NCBI GenBank assembly: GCA_032718475.1
Contig: JAUCBJ010001075.1
Span: 1 to 64,000 of the forward strand
Reading direction: 5' to 3'
DNA: 64,000 nt
Origin: Nemertoderma westbladi
Taxonomy: Eukaryota; Animalia; Xenacoelomorpha
Part shown: positions 63,312 through 64,000 of the stretch, piece after piece
Layout of the letters: every line of letters begins with the position of its first letter
How positions within the stretch are numbered: the first letter of the stretch is position 1
Translations under genes and position numbers: made by a program
Notes under the pieces: model-generated
The model's database searches: none
The model's input: the letters and a program-made list of their open reading frames with translations, nothing else
What the model was told of the DNA's origin: nothing

Positions 63312-63584
63312 GCCCATGTGAAGAATACCAAGATTTCACTTTTCGGTCGACTTTTTATTGGAATTTTATATAAGAAGATTTTTAATTTTTTTTAATTTAT
63401 CTTTTAGTGTTTTATAGCGCTTATTTCTGTCTTATAACCTGTACATATACTAAGTCGTTTATTGTTTTGGTTAAATTCAGCCCTTCTGTAACCTGTGTTT
63501 TTGGTGAAAACCTGGTATTCTTCACATGAGGGTAACTGCAAAGTGAAATATAACGGCAGAAAGTCTGGTATTCTTCACATGGGC
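63312..63584. mobile_element. Small Mutator-like MITE
   Basis: GCCCATGTGAAGAATACCA ... TGGTATTCTTCACATGGGC; flanks ccagaacttc / ccagaacttt. Confidence 0.75.
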
Positions 63585-64000
63585 CCAGAACTTTACTCCC
63601 AAGAGGAAACTCCAGTACTCATTTAGCTACCACTATACAAGGCAGACGTTATCAGGCATATATGATAGTTACCAGATATGAATGGTAACTATGTTTGTTT
63701 TTTGGTTACACAGCATGTCAGTGATGAAATGATATAACTAAATATTACTTTTACTGGAGGACTGAAAACTGAAAAAAAAACACAAAATAAAGCTGATACT
63801 GAAACATATTCACTTTTATTCTAATTTGTTCAAATTTTTATAAAAAATATATATTCTGCAATATTGAAGTCAGTAATATTGAAGTCAGAATGTCGAGGTA
63901 TTAATTAGGGGTCTATTGTATCTCTGTCTCTACTAACAGACAGATGTACAATCATCTTGGGTACAATGCTGTAAACCTAAGGTACTGTACATAAAGGCGG

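Overview
Eukaryotic (invertebrate-like, AT-rich) genomic DNA. Left third: a decayed Ty3/gypsy element (4509-8077) abutting a ~15 kb BEL/Pao LTR retrotransposon (8078-23020). The BEL element has a near-intact gag-pol and an unusual extra ~970-codon ORF after pol. That ORF is not env-like: it has an RG-rich region and three C-terminal CCHC knuckles, with a candidate splice donor/acceptor pair for a subgenomic mRNA. Middle: RTE and CR1/L2-group LINE fragments, MITEs and an AROS/RPS19BP1-like gene. Right half: the last five exons of EFL1 on the minus strand. Its introns host two opposite-strand genes (a complete 3-exon STT3A and an intronless cytosolic sulfotransferase), a ~10 kb block of five different minisatellites, nested RTE LINEs, a tRNA-like element and several foldback MITEs. 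All calls come from reading the sequence by eye; no searches were run.
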